Source: Intoshia linei (lineage: Eukaryota; Animalia; Orthonectida). Taken from it: a stretch of 45,372 bases of DNA. The notes beneath the pieces were generated by a model. That model was given only the letters and a program-made list of their open reading frames with translations, had not been told where the DNA came from and made no database searches. The translations under genes were made by a program, and so were the position numbers. Every line of letters starts with the position of its first letter. Within the stretch, counting starts at the first letter, position 1. The stretch is from assembly GCA_001642005.1 (NCBI GenBank), contig LWCA01000161.1, positions 1-45,372 of the forward strand. The letters run 5' to 3'. Positions 23,901 through 36,400 of the stretch are shown here, piece after piece.

Positions 23901-26654
23901 GAGCTAGATGCTGTTTGTACGTAATACATAACAGTCAACCTAGTTGTAGTATAATGAATAAATATACCTCGATTTTTTGATAATTGTTCAAAAATATCAA
24001 CCAAAACATATCCTAAATTATTTTAATAATAGATATAAATAATATTTGGTTAATAAAATTCAATATATTTTTTGAGTCAAAATATAAAAGGACTCAAAAA
24101 TTATTAAAAAGTTGTGTAATAAAATGTCAAAAATACAATAAATATTACCGTTACAAAAAATAATGATTCTGGTATTTTTAGCATACTTAAGGCATAATTT
24201 CTGTAATTGAACTAAAAATAAACATGATATATCAACAGTATTAAAATATGTTTATAATAATCATAATTCAACATGCATGCATGCATACCGTTCGTTCTGA
24301 ATTTGACTTGGTGTGAATAGTTTTATTTACTAAAGATAAGGTTATTGGTCGAATCCTTTTTACACAAGCGGGTCGAATTAATAATTAAATAATTTTTATT
24401 TGGCGGACAAGACACTTAAAAAATGGTTATTCTAATAGTTTTCAGTACTTTGATTTAATACTTTAGAACAATATAAATCAAGATTCTTAAAAAAATGTAA
24501 TTTACGAATTTGGTGGCGCACTTTCATTTTTTTGTAATTTTTTACTATTACTATATATAAATAAGTTTCAACCTAATACAAGTTTTGAAGACATTTTTTA
24601 AGTGTTTCCAACAGTATACTCAAGTCATTATAAGTAAATTTAACAAATTTCTAACATTCTGATCAATTAAATTATCTCAATTACATCCATATTTACATAT
24701 TATATTTAAATTATGTTAATTAATAGTAGTTAATTATTGATTAATTATTAATAATAGGACCTATTATTTCATCAAAATGAATAAATCAATTACACCAAAC
24801 CTTAGTGATACTAAGGAATTGGGTATCTAAACTTCATGAAAAATAATAAATATTGATTATAATACATGATTGTATAATCAATGGTCCATTGAAGTTTAAA
24901 AACCCGGTTGAACAGGTTTAAATCCCATCTAATACCGAATCGAAAATTTAATTTATCTTAATAAAAAGTAAATAATTATCAAAATCATACAAGTTATTGG
25001 TCAAATGTATTGTTAATATCAGGGTTGGAAATCGAAAAAAATGTATAACGTAAATCCTTAGTTATATTTCCCGGGTTAAAAAACTGTTTTAAAACTACAT
25101 GTATTAATTAACATAATAATATTTAAAATATATGTACTTCTTTTTTCAGTTGTGAAAATGAATCAAGTGCTTTTTCCATGATTTGACACATGTTGGCACC
25201 TGGCAATTCAGTAGGTTTGTCTTTATAAATACCAGGCCATTCAAATAACTAGAAATGTATTTATTTCATTTTAATCAATTTTCTTCCAATGTATACGTCA
25301 AGGACCTTAGTCACACCACCTTCCATTTTAAAAATAATCAGCAGTATGTTAAAAAGGTTACGAAAATTTTTTAATGTAAGTGATGTTTAATGCGCTTTTT
25401 ACATTGAATTTAGGTAATATAAAATTATCAATCCTTACTTACATAAAGTAAAATCGTTAAAAATGTACATATATAATACATAATATACGACATAATATAC
25501 CATAATCAAGATTGAACTGAAAATTAAAAACATACTTCTACAAATTTTGGTTTTTTAGTTCCAATTTTTTTTTTCTAAACATTTAGTAAGATAATCATGC
25601 ACAATAGGGCTATTCAAATTTGGTAATATGTCATTTTTATAATAGAAAAATGGAATAGCCTTAATGCACAAATGTGTATTGCACATAAATTATATGAACC
25701 ATTCTCAATGCGGTCTCTGTGGACCCCAGAAGTCGACAAATTATTCCATAACAAAATCACACACTTCTAACGTTTTTTATTAAATTAAATTAAATGTTAA
25801 CGTAATAGTTTAAATTTTGAGTTGTTAATTAGTACTGAACATTGCCGTATTTCTCGACTCATTGCTCGTTAAAAATTATTAGTAAATGAATTTCTGTTTA
25901 ATAAAAATTTACGTAGATTTATGGTAGGGTCCATGGCAAATGAAAAATTTTGAAGAGATCCACAGCGTGTACAGGGTTGAGAATGCTTTACGTATATATA
26001 GTATATATAACATACATAATTGTATTTATTGTCCATAGAAATGAGAGATATATTTTTAACCCTTTCACTATTTCTTGGTAATAAAACTATCAATTACGTG
26101 TAAATTAATTTGTGGTACATTTTTATTTTATACCAGTTTTAACTGAATAAATGCCTGCAAATTGAAAAAATTCCTTTCGTTTTTTTTCTAAAAATGTATA
26201 AAAATAACTGAACTGTTAACTAAAAACTTTAAAATGTAATAAGTATACTTGTAAACCTTCCCAAATTTCAGTAAACACCCATGGAATCCATATTAAAGTT
26301 TAAAATAGAAATGATAGAAAAAGAATAAAGCTGAAATTTTAATATCAACATAATAAATAATTATAATTATTATTTGTATAATATACAATGTATATCTAAT
26401 AATCATAGTGTAATTTTTTTAACATAAATATACGAAAATAAATGCGGAAATAATTACTACGTTTTTTATATTATTACAACAAAATTACCATCAATTTCTG
26501 ATTTAATTCTAAGCTTCGTGAACTCGCTTTCTGATAATTCACCTGCACTCAAACCATCATCCGAATCAATGTATTTACTTGTTCCGATAATATCTAATTC
26601 TTTCTGTAAATTATCGACCATTTCTTCAATTTCCTCAAGACTATTTATGTTCAT
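20930..26654 (-). CDS. FAM227: FAM227-family protein (multi-exon; model incomplete)
   Basis: Exons give LFEWPGIYKDKPTELP (~25248-25138), SLFDRMSINYVKFLKES...|DYASFVSTTIYAAFYKCFPDSFRLFNDDFKQKLANFVYNSIYG|FNPSIQTWYQWNY (23466-23053) and FDVNSNSPLIENYM (~21.2 kb). These match FAM227B-type motifs I recall ([32 protein letters not shown]). The putative first exon is MNINSLEEIEEM at 26654. Both ends and several exons are uncertain. Confidence 0.75.
21562..23028 (-). mobile_element. Tc1 (DD34E) DNA transposon, full length, intronic in FAM227
   Basis: 26-bp TIRs CAGTAT(T/A)GGAAAAATTATTATAAATT with one mismatch, TA on both sides, 1467 bp long, enclosing a transposase. Confidence 0.95.
21664..22771 (-). 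pseudogene. Tc1 transposase with a 94-bp intron and one nonsense codon
   Basis: Exon 1 (22771-22334) holds the HTH region and ends WSK. Intron 22333-22240. Exon 2 reads VICSDES...IMV*GAIS...FQQDFAPCH-(34 aa D-to-E)-DMNPIENVW...GGITKY. The only break seen is TAG at 22105-22107, replacing the conserved W of MVWG. Confidence 0.9.
23760..23945. repeat. Dispersed repeat family copy
   Basis: GGTTCCACCT..AAAGGATTGATAATAGTGAATACTAGGATTTTT..GCAGAGCTAG..ATAACAGTCAA is collinear with 38460-38645. Confidence 0.8.
25605..25663. mobile_element. 59-bp hAT-type mini-element with perfect 8-bp TSD
   Basis: TIRs TAGGGCTATTC / GAATAGCCTTA, flanked on both sides by ATGCACAA (25597-25604 and 25664-25671). Confidence 0.8.
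25695..25990. mobile_element. Degenerate hAT-like MITE
   Basis: Left CCATTCTCAA..CTGTGGACCCC matches the right reverse complement GCATTCTCAACC..CTGTGGATCTC. Confidence 0.45.
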
Positions 26655-27489
26655 TATTTTCTTTATTTACCGTTACTACATAATTACATTACATTATGTT
26701 ATATAAATTTATTTATATATTTGTGTAATAAAGTATTTATTTTTATTTAAATAATTTATTATATTATTACTAATAATATTGTTTTTCGAAATTTTAAATT
26801 TTTAAACTATAAAAATAGGAATAATAATAATTTTTAATTACAATTATTATTATAATTTCTTGATAGTTGTCTTTATAGTGTAGGTGATAAAAGTTTTTGA
26901 TATTAATACACAAATGAAAAAATTAAAATTAAAAGTGTAATAGTTGTGAGTAGAATTTTGCTATATTTGACCAAAATTCACAAATTTCAAAGTTGATAAA
27001 AAAATGTATATATTTCTGAGGTTAATCAATACTAGTACAAATGAAGACTGACATTTTGGGTACAATTCATAATTAAGTACGTTCCATTACAGACTCAATA
27101 TAGATAAAAGTTCACTGAACTTGTATTGAACTATGTCTGGTATTTTGGTTTTATTTGCTGATAATTGGTACAGTATAATCAATTTTGCATGCTTTAAATT
27201 TTAAACTTGAATTAAAGCTATACATATTTTCTGCAATTAAAAATGTACCAATAAAAAATTATAATTATTTACTATTATACATTTATTAGGTAAAGAAATC
27301 AATCATATATACAATTTTAATAATTATCAATTTCCATTTATTTGTATCTGGGATAAAGTAACCAAACAATCAAGTTCCAGGATGTTTCAATAGTTACAAA
27401 AATATGAATGCAAATTTTAAAGATTCAGTGTCAATAGTTGATTTCTAAAACCAAATAAATTAAACAGGTTTCAGGATTACATTTAACGT

Positions 27490-30400
27490 ATGGCTGAAGC
27501 ACACTCGGCCGTTGCATTTTCTTTTTCAATTACTCCGGAGGGGCCAAAATTAAAATATAATAATCATGCTTTCATTGAACTATTTGCATCATCCAAGAGA
27601 TCTCTTTGTAGAGATTATGCTACATTTAGAGTAAGCTAGTTTTACTATTATGGATTAAAATTTTTTAATTTTATTTAGAATCGCATTAGAAATAATTCAT
27701 TTCCTTTTGCTCCATCAACTTTACTTTTATCTACTGGTTTTGTGGCATCAATGCAGCACATTAACAGAGATGTATCATTTGGAGCGATAAAGCTTATTGA
27801 AAATAAATTAACATTGTAATTTTTAAATATAAAATTAATTAACCTGGTATTTAATCCAGCAATAATTATATATTTCAATTGTTAATTAATTTGAATAATT
27901 GATTATACATCAGATGATCATAGAATAGGTGTCCACTAGGGGTGTTCCAAAATTTTATAAATTAGGTCCAAATACTGATAAAGTTGCGTGTGATAGTTTT
28001 ATGATAATCGTGAAAAGAAGAAAAAAAGTATAAAAAATCACACCCCTAGTGTACACTGTACAGTCTACATAACGTGACGAAACAATTTTAGTAAAAACTA
28101 TAAAGGCAACGAATCGTTGGCATTTATGTCACATTTTTTGTGGTGTATATAGCTCTGTAAAACATTAATATTTATTTATATTATTTGTTAATATAAAATT
28201 TTAATAAAATATTACAATATTCCAGCGATTTGTTTGTCATTTGAATGTTTATCCGTCATTATTTTCATTTTTTCAGTTTATTTGTCAACTTACATATTTT
28301 AAAATTAAAATTTTTCTATGGCGGCTGATTTGAACAAACGAATCAGTTATGTGTAAAAGGTAGCTAATTAATGGACCCTTCAATATTTTTTAATTTGATT
28401 AAATTATCTCAAAAAAAAACAATTTGAATCGTCATTTTAATATAGTGGTCAATGACTACTGGTCATCAATTTTAATGATTTCTGATGACAAACATAAAAT
28501 TAAAATTATAGAATCGAAAATCCAACGCAAAATAACCACTAAATTAACTAAAATGTTTTTTTAAATCAGTTTTTACATATTTATATTGAGGTTTATATTA
28601 ATTTACAGTTCCATAGAATCTTTTTTGATCAAAATATATACTTTTCACGTATATATAATATGACTTTAACGATCTGTAAAAATGTAATAATATATAAAAT
28701 TTTTATTAAAAATAATCTAAAAATTCCACTTCAATAGTTAGGTTGAAAAATACTCTAAAAACTTCCCTTCAAGGCTTGGTTAAAAAAATCTTAATAAAAA
28801 CCCCTTTAAGGTATGGTAAAAAAATAATCTCAAAATTCCACTTTATGGTTTGGTTAAAAAAATCTTAAATTGCCCTCCCTTGTAAGGTTTGGTAAATAAT
28901 ATAATCTGAAAATTCCCCTTCAAGGGTTTGATTAAAAAAAATGTTCAAAAACCCGTACCTTCAAGGTTTGTTAAAAAATATAATGTGAAAATTCCATTTT
29001 ATACTTTAATTAAAAAAAATCTTAAAAAGCCCTCCCTTTTAAGGTTTGGTAAATAATATAATCAGAAAATTGCTGTTCAAGGGTTCGCTTAAAAAAAAAT
29101 CTTAAAAAACCTCCCTTTTCAGGTTAGATAAAGATTATAATTTGAAAATTCCTTTTCAAGCATTTAGTTAAAAAATACTATGTAGTTTCCCGTTCAAGGC
29201 TTGGTTAAAAAAATCTTAATAAAACCACCCAGTAAGGTTTGGTTATAAAATACTCTAAAAATTCCACTTTATGGTTTGGTTAAAAAAAATCTTAAAAAGC
29301 CCTCCCTTTGGAGATATGGTAAAAAAATAATTTGAAAATTCCCGTTTAAGGGTTTGATTAAAAAAAGTATTCAAAAACTCTCTCTTTTAAGGTTTGGTAA
29401 AGAATATAATCTGAAAATTAACCTTCAGGGGTTTGGTTAAATAATAATTTAAAAAACCCTCCCTTTTAATTTTTGGTAATAAAATATTCTCAAAATTCAC
29501 TTTTAACCGTTTATTAAAAAATATGTTCATGATATATGCAATTTTATATTATGAAAATTGAAACTTATTCACTGAGACTTAATTACCTAAAATCAGTATG
29601 ACTCATAATGACAGATTATTTCTAGTGTTAAAGAGAAATACACGAAATTTATAGCCATTCTTTACTATTTTTTTTTGTAAATATTATTCTAAATACAAGG
29701 GGGCCAAGATAAACAATAAAATATAAAGTACAAGTTTGAGGTATAATGTGACTGTAGAATCTACTGTGTAGATCAGGCATTCTCAGCCTTTTTTGAACTA
29801 TCGCCCTCTAAACGAAAAAAATTATAGTTTTTCAAGATTATCGCGTTTCAAAAAAAATTTATCATGGGTGATTAATTAAAATAATATAATTAAAAACTAA
29901 CAAAAAATGTTTAAACTATTACAAAATGTGCTAACTAAAATGTGCGTTATAATAATTTATGATACAGTAAATTGAACCGAATTTTTAAAATTGGAATTTT
30001 AACAAATTACTTGCTTGTTAAGTTGACTTACTTTTTCTCATAATAACAGTGTTTTTATGTGACTTCGCAGAAATGAAATAGAAACGAATCAAAACTATAA
30101 TCTCAAAATTATGTCTAAAATATCAAAGGAACATCCCTGGTGTAGATTAATATTGTAAAAGTAAATTTTTTAATTGATATTTTATTTATTTGTAATTTGG
30201 ATTTTTCTTTATAGGGTTGGTAAAAATGGTTTTTTCTCTAAAAGGCTGGTAAAAGTGAAATTTTCTCTAAAGGGTTATTAAAAGTTAAAAGTGGATTTTT
30301 CTCTAAATGAATTCTTGACTTTACTTGAAATAGCAAAATAACTGGTTCTTCAAATGGAGCTAACATATATTAGGCTGTTAGTAACAGCCTGTTACTGTAT

Positions 30401-33400
30401 ATTTATATTTATAGAAATTTAAAGTTCGAACAAAAAAATTTCAATTTGACAAAATATTTTTTTAATTAACCAATTAATATGGACGATATTGGTACCATAA
30501 TGTTGGAAATTTTAAACTATTTAACTTTTGCTTGTCTTACTTATCAGTCATTATATGAAACTTTAAAGCTACTTTTAAAATTATATTTTGACAGTATCAA
30601 TATTTATTCAAATCAACATAATGTAGTGGCCTGTCAAGCTTGAATTTTGATAGAGAAGTTAGAAAAATCATTAAATATTGATAATTTATCATTTTACCAT
30701 TAAAAGTGACAAAAAAGCGAAAGTGAATAAAGCGAATTGAAGATAATATTTGAAAGATCAAAATCGTTTAGGAATCACCGATTTATGGCATTTTAATATA
30801 TACACGTAATTGTAATTCAATTTACTGTTTTCCAAAGTAAATACAAATGTAAATTTGAAATTAACATTTATTCGCCAATTTAATTAATTTTGATTTAAAA
30901 ACAATTGGAACAGAATAACGTTATTATCAATTGAAATTGAAATGAAACATTGCCAAGTCACTTAATCAGTTTTTCTCAACGCACACAGCAAAAAATTCAA
31001 AACGATAGTATCATTTCACAGAGGGGCAGTAACATATTTTTTTTTGTCCCGAAACAACTTTTTTTCTTAAATTTTCAGGTTTTCTTTGCCGTTATTAATT
31101 ATCATATAGTATAGTATACGATATTCAGTAAGCACCCAAAAAATATAAAAATTTTACTACAAAATTTTTAAATTGCTTCTAATTGCGTCCAAATGAAAAA
31201 AAGGTTGAGAAACGCTAAATTAGATAAAGATTAAATTTGTGATAACGTAACAATAATTGAATTGTGAAGTATAATTTGACAAAATTCAATAAAATTATAA
31301 TGGACTATTTTTATCCTACAGTTTGTTTGTTCACCCTAGTTCAGTGTTAATGATAGTGATTGACACGAGACATTTTGAAATTTTTGAAATATTAATAATG
31401 TAACATTATTATTGTAGATATTAAAAAATTATGACATTAACAAAATGCACATTGTGCAGTGCTGTTCAATATAAAAATTTTAACATAAAAAATCTACTTT
31501 CTTTTCAACCCACTGTGAAAGTATTAGAATATCATAAATTCGCTAAAATTTTTTAACAGGATGGCTACCATTATCCTAGTCCCCAAATGAACAAATCTGA
31601 TCTCAAAATATTTTAATTGGGTCGTCAAAAATGAAAAAATAATATAAATAATTTGCAAATGGGTTCACAATCTAAGGATGGGCAATGGACATTGTCTATC
31701 CGTCTGATGTATAATATATTATATTCGACATTTTTACCATTATAAATTTAGATTTTCAAAGTATTGTGGAGCATCAGTGTTAAAATATAGTGCTGGGGCG
31801 ATTTATGCCTCTGCTATGTGGGCTGGAGCCATTATTATGGTTAGATTCATTCTACGAAAGATTTTTTCATATCAAGATTGGATTTACCAAATTCCAAAAC
31901 ACGGAGTTAAACCATCATTAAAAACTAAAATTTGGTTCTTAATTCTCAGCGTGGTTAAATATTTGGTTCCAAAAAAACCACTATTAAATAGTTATCAACA
32001 TTCTCTACCTCGATTACCGGTTCCTTCTCTCGAAAGCACAATCAATAGAGTAATTAAATATTATTATTAACATTAATAATCAATATAAAATATTATACAT
32101 GATATATTACTCATTCGTATATTCTATCCTTTAATCGAGTAGTTTGGTATATGTCTAATATTTTTTTATGTTAAATAATTATTTAACATTTACTACAATT
32201 TATGGTGCCATTTTAAATTGTAAATAGCAACTTTAAAATGGTTGTTTTATTTGAACATTATTTTGTATTTGTACACTATACACTTTACAGTCACTGAACA
32301 TCCTGTTCAACATGAACACCTCACATAATGAACGTTTTTTATGTGAACTTAATTTTGAGCATTTATAACAGTGTTTCCCAATACATAAATAAATATGAAT
32401 ACTAAAATGATTTTTTGAATATTAAGTCGTCACTTATTTGGATTGAAATTTTCTGTGTGTTAACAGGATACAACTATACCACCTGTAAATTTTTTGAAAT
32501 TCCATGGCTGTTTTCATTAAAAAAAGAGGGGTAATTTGGGTTTTTGGCCCTGAAGATATAATTTTTTTAAATTTATGATAATGTTTATCATTTTAAAATC
32601 CGTATCAGCGTACAGTGGTTTCTGTTCAATATGAATACTGTATAATATGAATTCACGCTTATATGAATAACAAACTGTGAATATGAATTTGTGTAAATAA
32701 ACATAAATTTGTATTAATTTTCTATCACGTAATATAAATTTCAGAAAAGTAACCATTCAATATGAATTTGAATTTGAAAAGAAGAAGATTTTTCGATAAA
32801 TGATAAAATAAAGATGATTAAACTGTTTGACGAATATTCAAATTGATCTCAAAAACATTTAGCCACTAAACACTCAATTTTAGTAGCTTTGATAAATAAG
32901 TCGTTAAAAAATCGCGAAGAAATCCTTACTTGTAATAATTTAAATTTGAATCAGAAGAGACAACCTTGTCTAAGGTAATCTATGAAAATTGAATCAGTGG
33001 TTTCAACGTCAACGGACATTAAATATAAGTATAAGTGGCAATATATTGAAAGAAATGGCGTTGGAAATTGCCAGTCTTTTGAATTTGAACGATTTTAAAG
33101 TCTCTACTGGTTGTTTAAATTTTTTTTTTAATCAGAAATTCCATTAAATCAAAAAAAATGTAGGAGAATCAAAATTAGTAAGCAAGTCTAAAATAAAAAA
33201 ATGGAAAGAATTATTTTCTGAAGCTGTAGAAAAATATAGAAATGATGACATATTTAACTGTGATGAAACCAGATCTTATAAAAGAAAAAATTGAAAATTG
33301 CAATAAAATTAAAAACTTTTCCATTGCAAAAATAAATACATATACATTTGTGTTAATATTCACTTCATTCTTAATTCATATTCATATTGTACAACCAACT

Positions 33401-36400
33401 CTATTATGAATATTCTAAATATCCGGTCCCTTGACATTCATATTGTACAGAAACGACTGTATATATTTTTTTAAATTCTCCAATTCGTTTGATTTTCAAA
33501 AAGAGGGACAATTGAGGTTTTTAACCCGTAAGATGTGAGTTTGGGAGGTTGAAATTTATTTTATTATACGTCCCGGAAAAAACTGTAATTGAAATGTGGA
33601 CTTTATAAAATTCTAAGACTGGTAGTTATTTCAATAAACGATAACACAAACAAATATTGCATAGTATATTATAATATGCTATGATTATATAAGTACATAC
33701 ATACAAACAAAAATCGTATAGCATAATTTATATAGTATAATATATATAGTATTGTATAGCATGTGGACTTAAGATAAGATAAAAATAATTTATAATTTTT
33801 TTACGTATAATCAAAATGTATTACTTTCTTGATAATAATAAAATAGTTTCTAAATAAAAAAAATAATTCAGATTGAATTTTTTGGAGTGGGTTAACTGGA
33901 TATAGCTGTATCAACTGTAATTTTTTTAAAAATTCTAAGACTAGAAAAAAGTATAATTATAATTATAGATTCAAGATTTGTCACATGATTTAACTGATTT
34001 TATAAAAAGTAAACATGTTTTTAGTATCTCCTATCAGTAAAACACTTAAAGTCGGAAGAAGACTACGATGAGATCACAAAATTAGCAAATGATTTCAAAA
34101 ACGGACATGGACGAAAAATCCAATTATATTTGAAACTTAAAGCTTTTGTTTCTATAAATTATGTAAAAAAATAATTGATGATTCGATATAATATTAATGT
34201 AGGTAACCGACTGGTGGGAAGAATATGTATATTTATCAAATCGGGATCCAATTATGATCAACTCTAATTATTATGGAACAGTAAATTTATTATTTTTTAA
34301 AATGACAATAATATAGGCGTCACTAAATCATAATCTAACTAAATATCAGTCAGCTAGAGCGGCAAGTTTAGTAATAAATTTATTTAACTACAGAAGGTCT
34401 ATTGTGAGTGAATCTTTGGAACCGGTATGTTATTTTAATATGCATGTAAAAATGTTGTATTAAAATTAGTTGATAAAATTTGGTGTGCCACTTTGTTCAT
34501 CACAATATGATAGAACGTTTAATACAACCAGAATACCCGGCAAAACTAAAGATAAAATTGTTCATTATAAAGACAGTAGACATTTTGTTGTTATCCATGC
34601 GGGTAGGTATTACAAAATATACGCTTATCATCATTGCAATGGAAATATGTTTTCTGCAGCACAGATTGAATTGATGCTAGATAAAATTTTAAATGATACC
34701 GACTCTGTCAACGACAGTGAGCTTAAATTGGGTTCTCTTACAGCTGGGAATAGAGATGTATGGTATCATGCACGGGAACACATGCTAACTAACGATGTGA
34801 ACAGTTATACGCTTGCTTGTGTCGAAAAGGTTAAATTAATATAAAATATTATACAATATTAATATTTACATTTTTAGGCTGCATTTGTTTTAATTTTGGA
34901 TGACGAACTGTGTCAATTAGATGGGACGGTAAAATAAAAAAAATTTGTTTAATTAAATTAGACTGGAAATGACTATTATACTCGATATGCAAAATTATGT
35001 CTACACGGTAAAGGATACGATAGGTGGTTCGATAAATCAATTTGTTACATTGTGTTTAAAGATACGCAAGTTTTATTCAATTTTATAATGTTTATAATAT
35101 TTTAGATTGGATTCGTGGCAGAACATTCATGGTAAAATGTTTAAATTAAAATTATTAATTATATAGGGCCGATGCACCTATAGCAGCACAAATGCAAGAA
35201 ACCATTATTTTTGAAGATTATTTTAAAGGGTATTGATTTATTGATATTTTAAAAGTTATTAGATATGATACCGATGGACATTGCTTTGGTAAAGCTGAAG
35301 CACCAGAGGTGGGACCTATAAGAATTCATTGGAAAATTGATGAAAAGGTAAATCCGATTTGTTATGTAAACAATTTATTTAGTTGACAAATTATATTACC
35401 CAAAGTTTTAATATTTCACAGAGTTTAATTGATGATACTGACATGTACGTCATACGTCATGATGCTGTGGGCGTCAACACTGTAAAATCATTTAATATTA
35501 GCCCAGACGCTTTTATTCAAATGGCACTGCAATATTCGTATTACAAGGTAAATTAACGTGTAAATAATGTAATGTAATGTAAATTCGAATCTAGCATTTT
35601 GGAGCTTTTTGTAATACTTATGAAGCTAGTATGACGAGGTTATTTGCAGAAGGCCGTACAGAAACATGTCGAAGTTGCACCAAAGAATCTGTAGATTTTG
35701 TAATGGCCATGGTTCATAAACAGCCAGTAATCTTTTATTGTTTTATGTTTAAAATTGTTATTAGTTGAAAGTTTGTTATAATCTTTTTAAAAAAGCAACA
35801 GATAATCACCAAAGGATGTACCAAGATTGTATGACTGGTAAAGGAATTGATCGACACCTCTTTTGTCTTTATGTCATGTCTCGTTATTTGAAAATGGATT
35901 CACCATTTTTAAACGAAGCTCTACTTCAACCCAAACTTCCTTGGAATCTTTCTACCTCACAGGTTTTTTAGTGTATAACTAATAACTAGGGCGATTATTT
36001 TTTAACTAGGGCAAATTTTGATATGTTCATAAGCATCAAATTACAATCACAATGATACTAATTTTACGTGTATTAATTGGTTAATTAAAATTTGATTAAG
36101 TTAATAAAGTTAAATAATATTTTTACGAAAGTTAAATTTTATTTTTAAAAGTTAAATTATATTTTCAAACATTAATTTTGTTTTATACACTTTCGTTTTG
36201 TTTTGTACTTTTATTTTATGCATGATTGTAGTAAATAAACTTATTATTAATTTTTATATCACTCACTAAAAGCAGTTTTTATTTATTCTTAACTTATTTC
36301 TATTCACAATACAGGTAATTTATCAATACTTTTATATGGTTAATGTTTTTTTAAGCATGCCAAAATATGCGAAATCTAAATATGAAAAAGTTTACAATAT

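Noticed and set aside
24305-24370. tRNA-like sequence (TGGTGTGAATAG ... GGTCGAATCC)
   Set aside because: There are only weak A/B-box resemblances and I could not fold a cloverleaf. tRNAscan-SE would decide.
28710-29520. CRISPR-like array
   Set aside because: The units are contiguous and degenerate with no unique spacers, there are no cas genes, and the array is inside a eukaryotic intron.
31017-31517. Complete Transib element between CACAGAGGGG and CCCACTGTG
   Set aside because: The 5-bp flanks do not match (CATTT vs AAAGT) and the interval overlaps a hAT-like end, so the pairing is unsupported.
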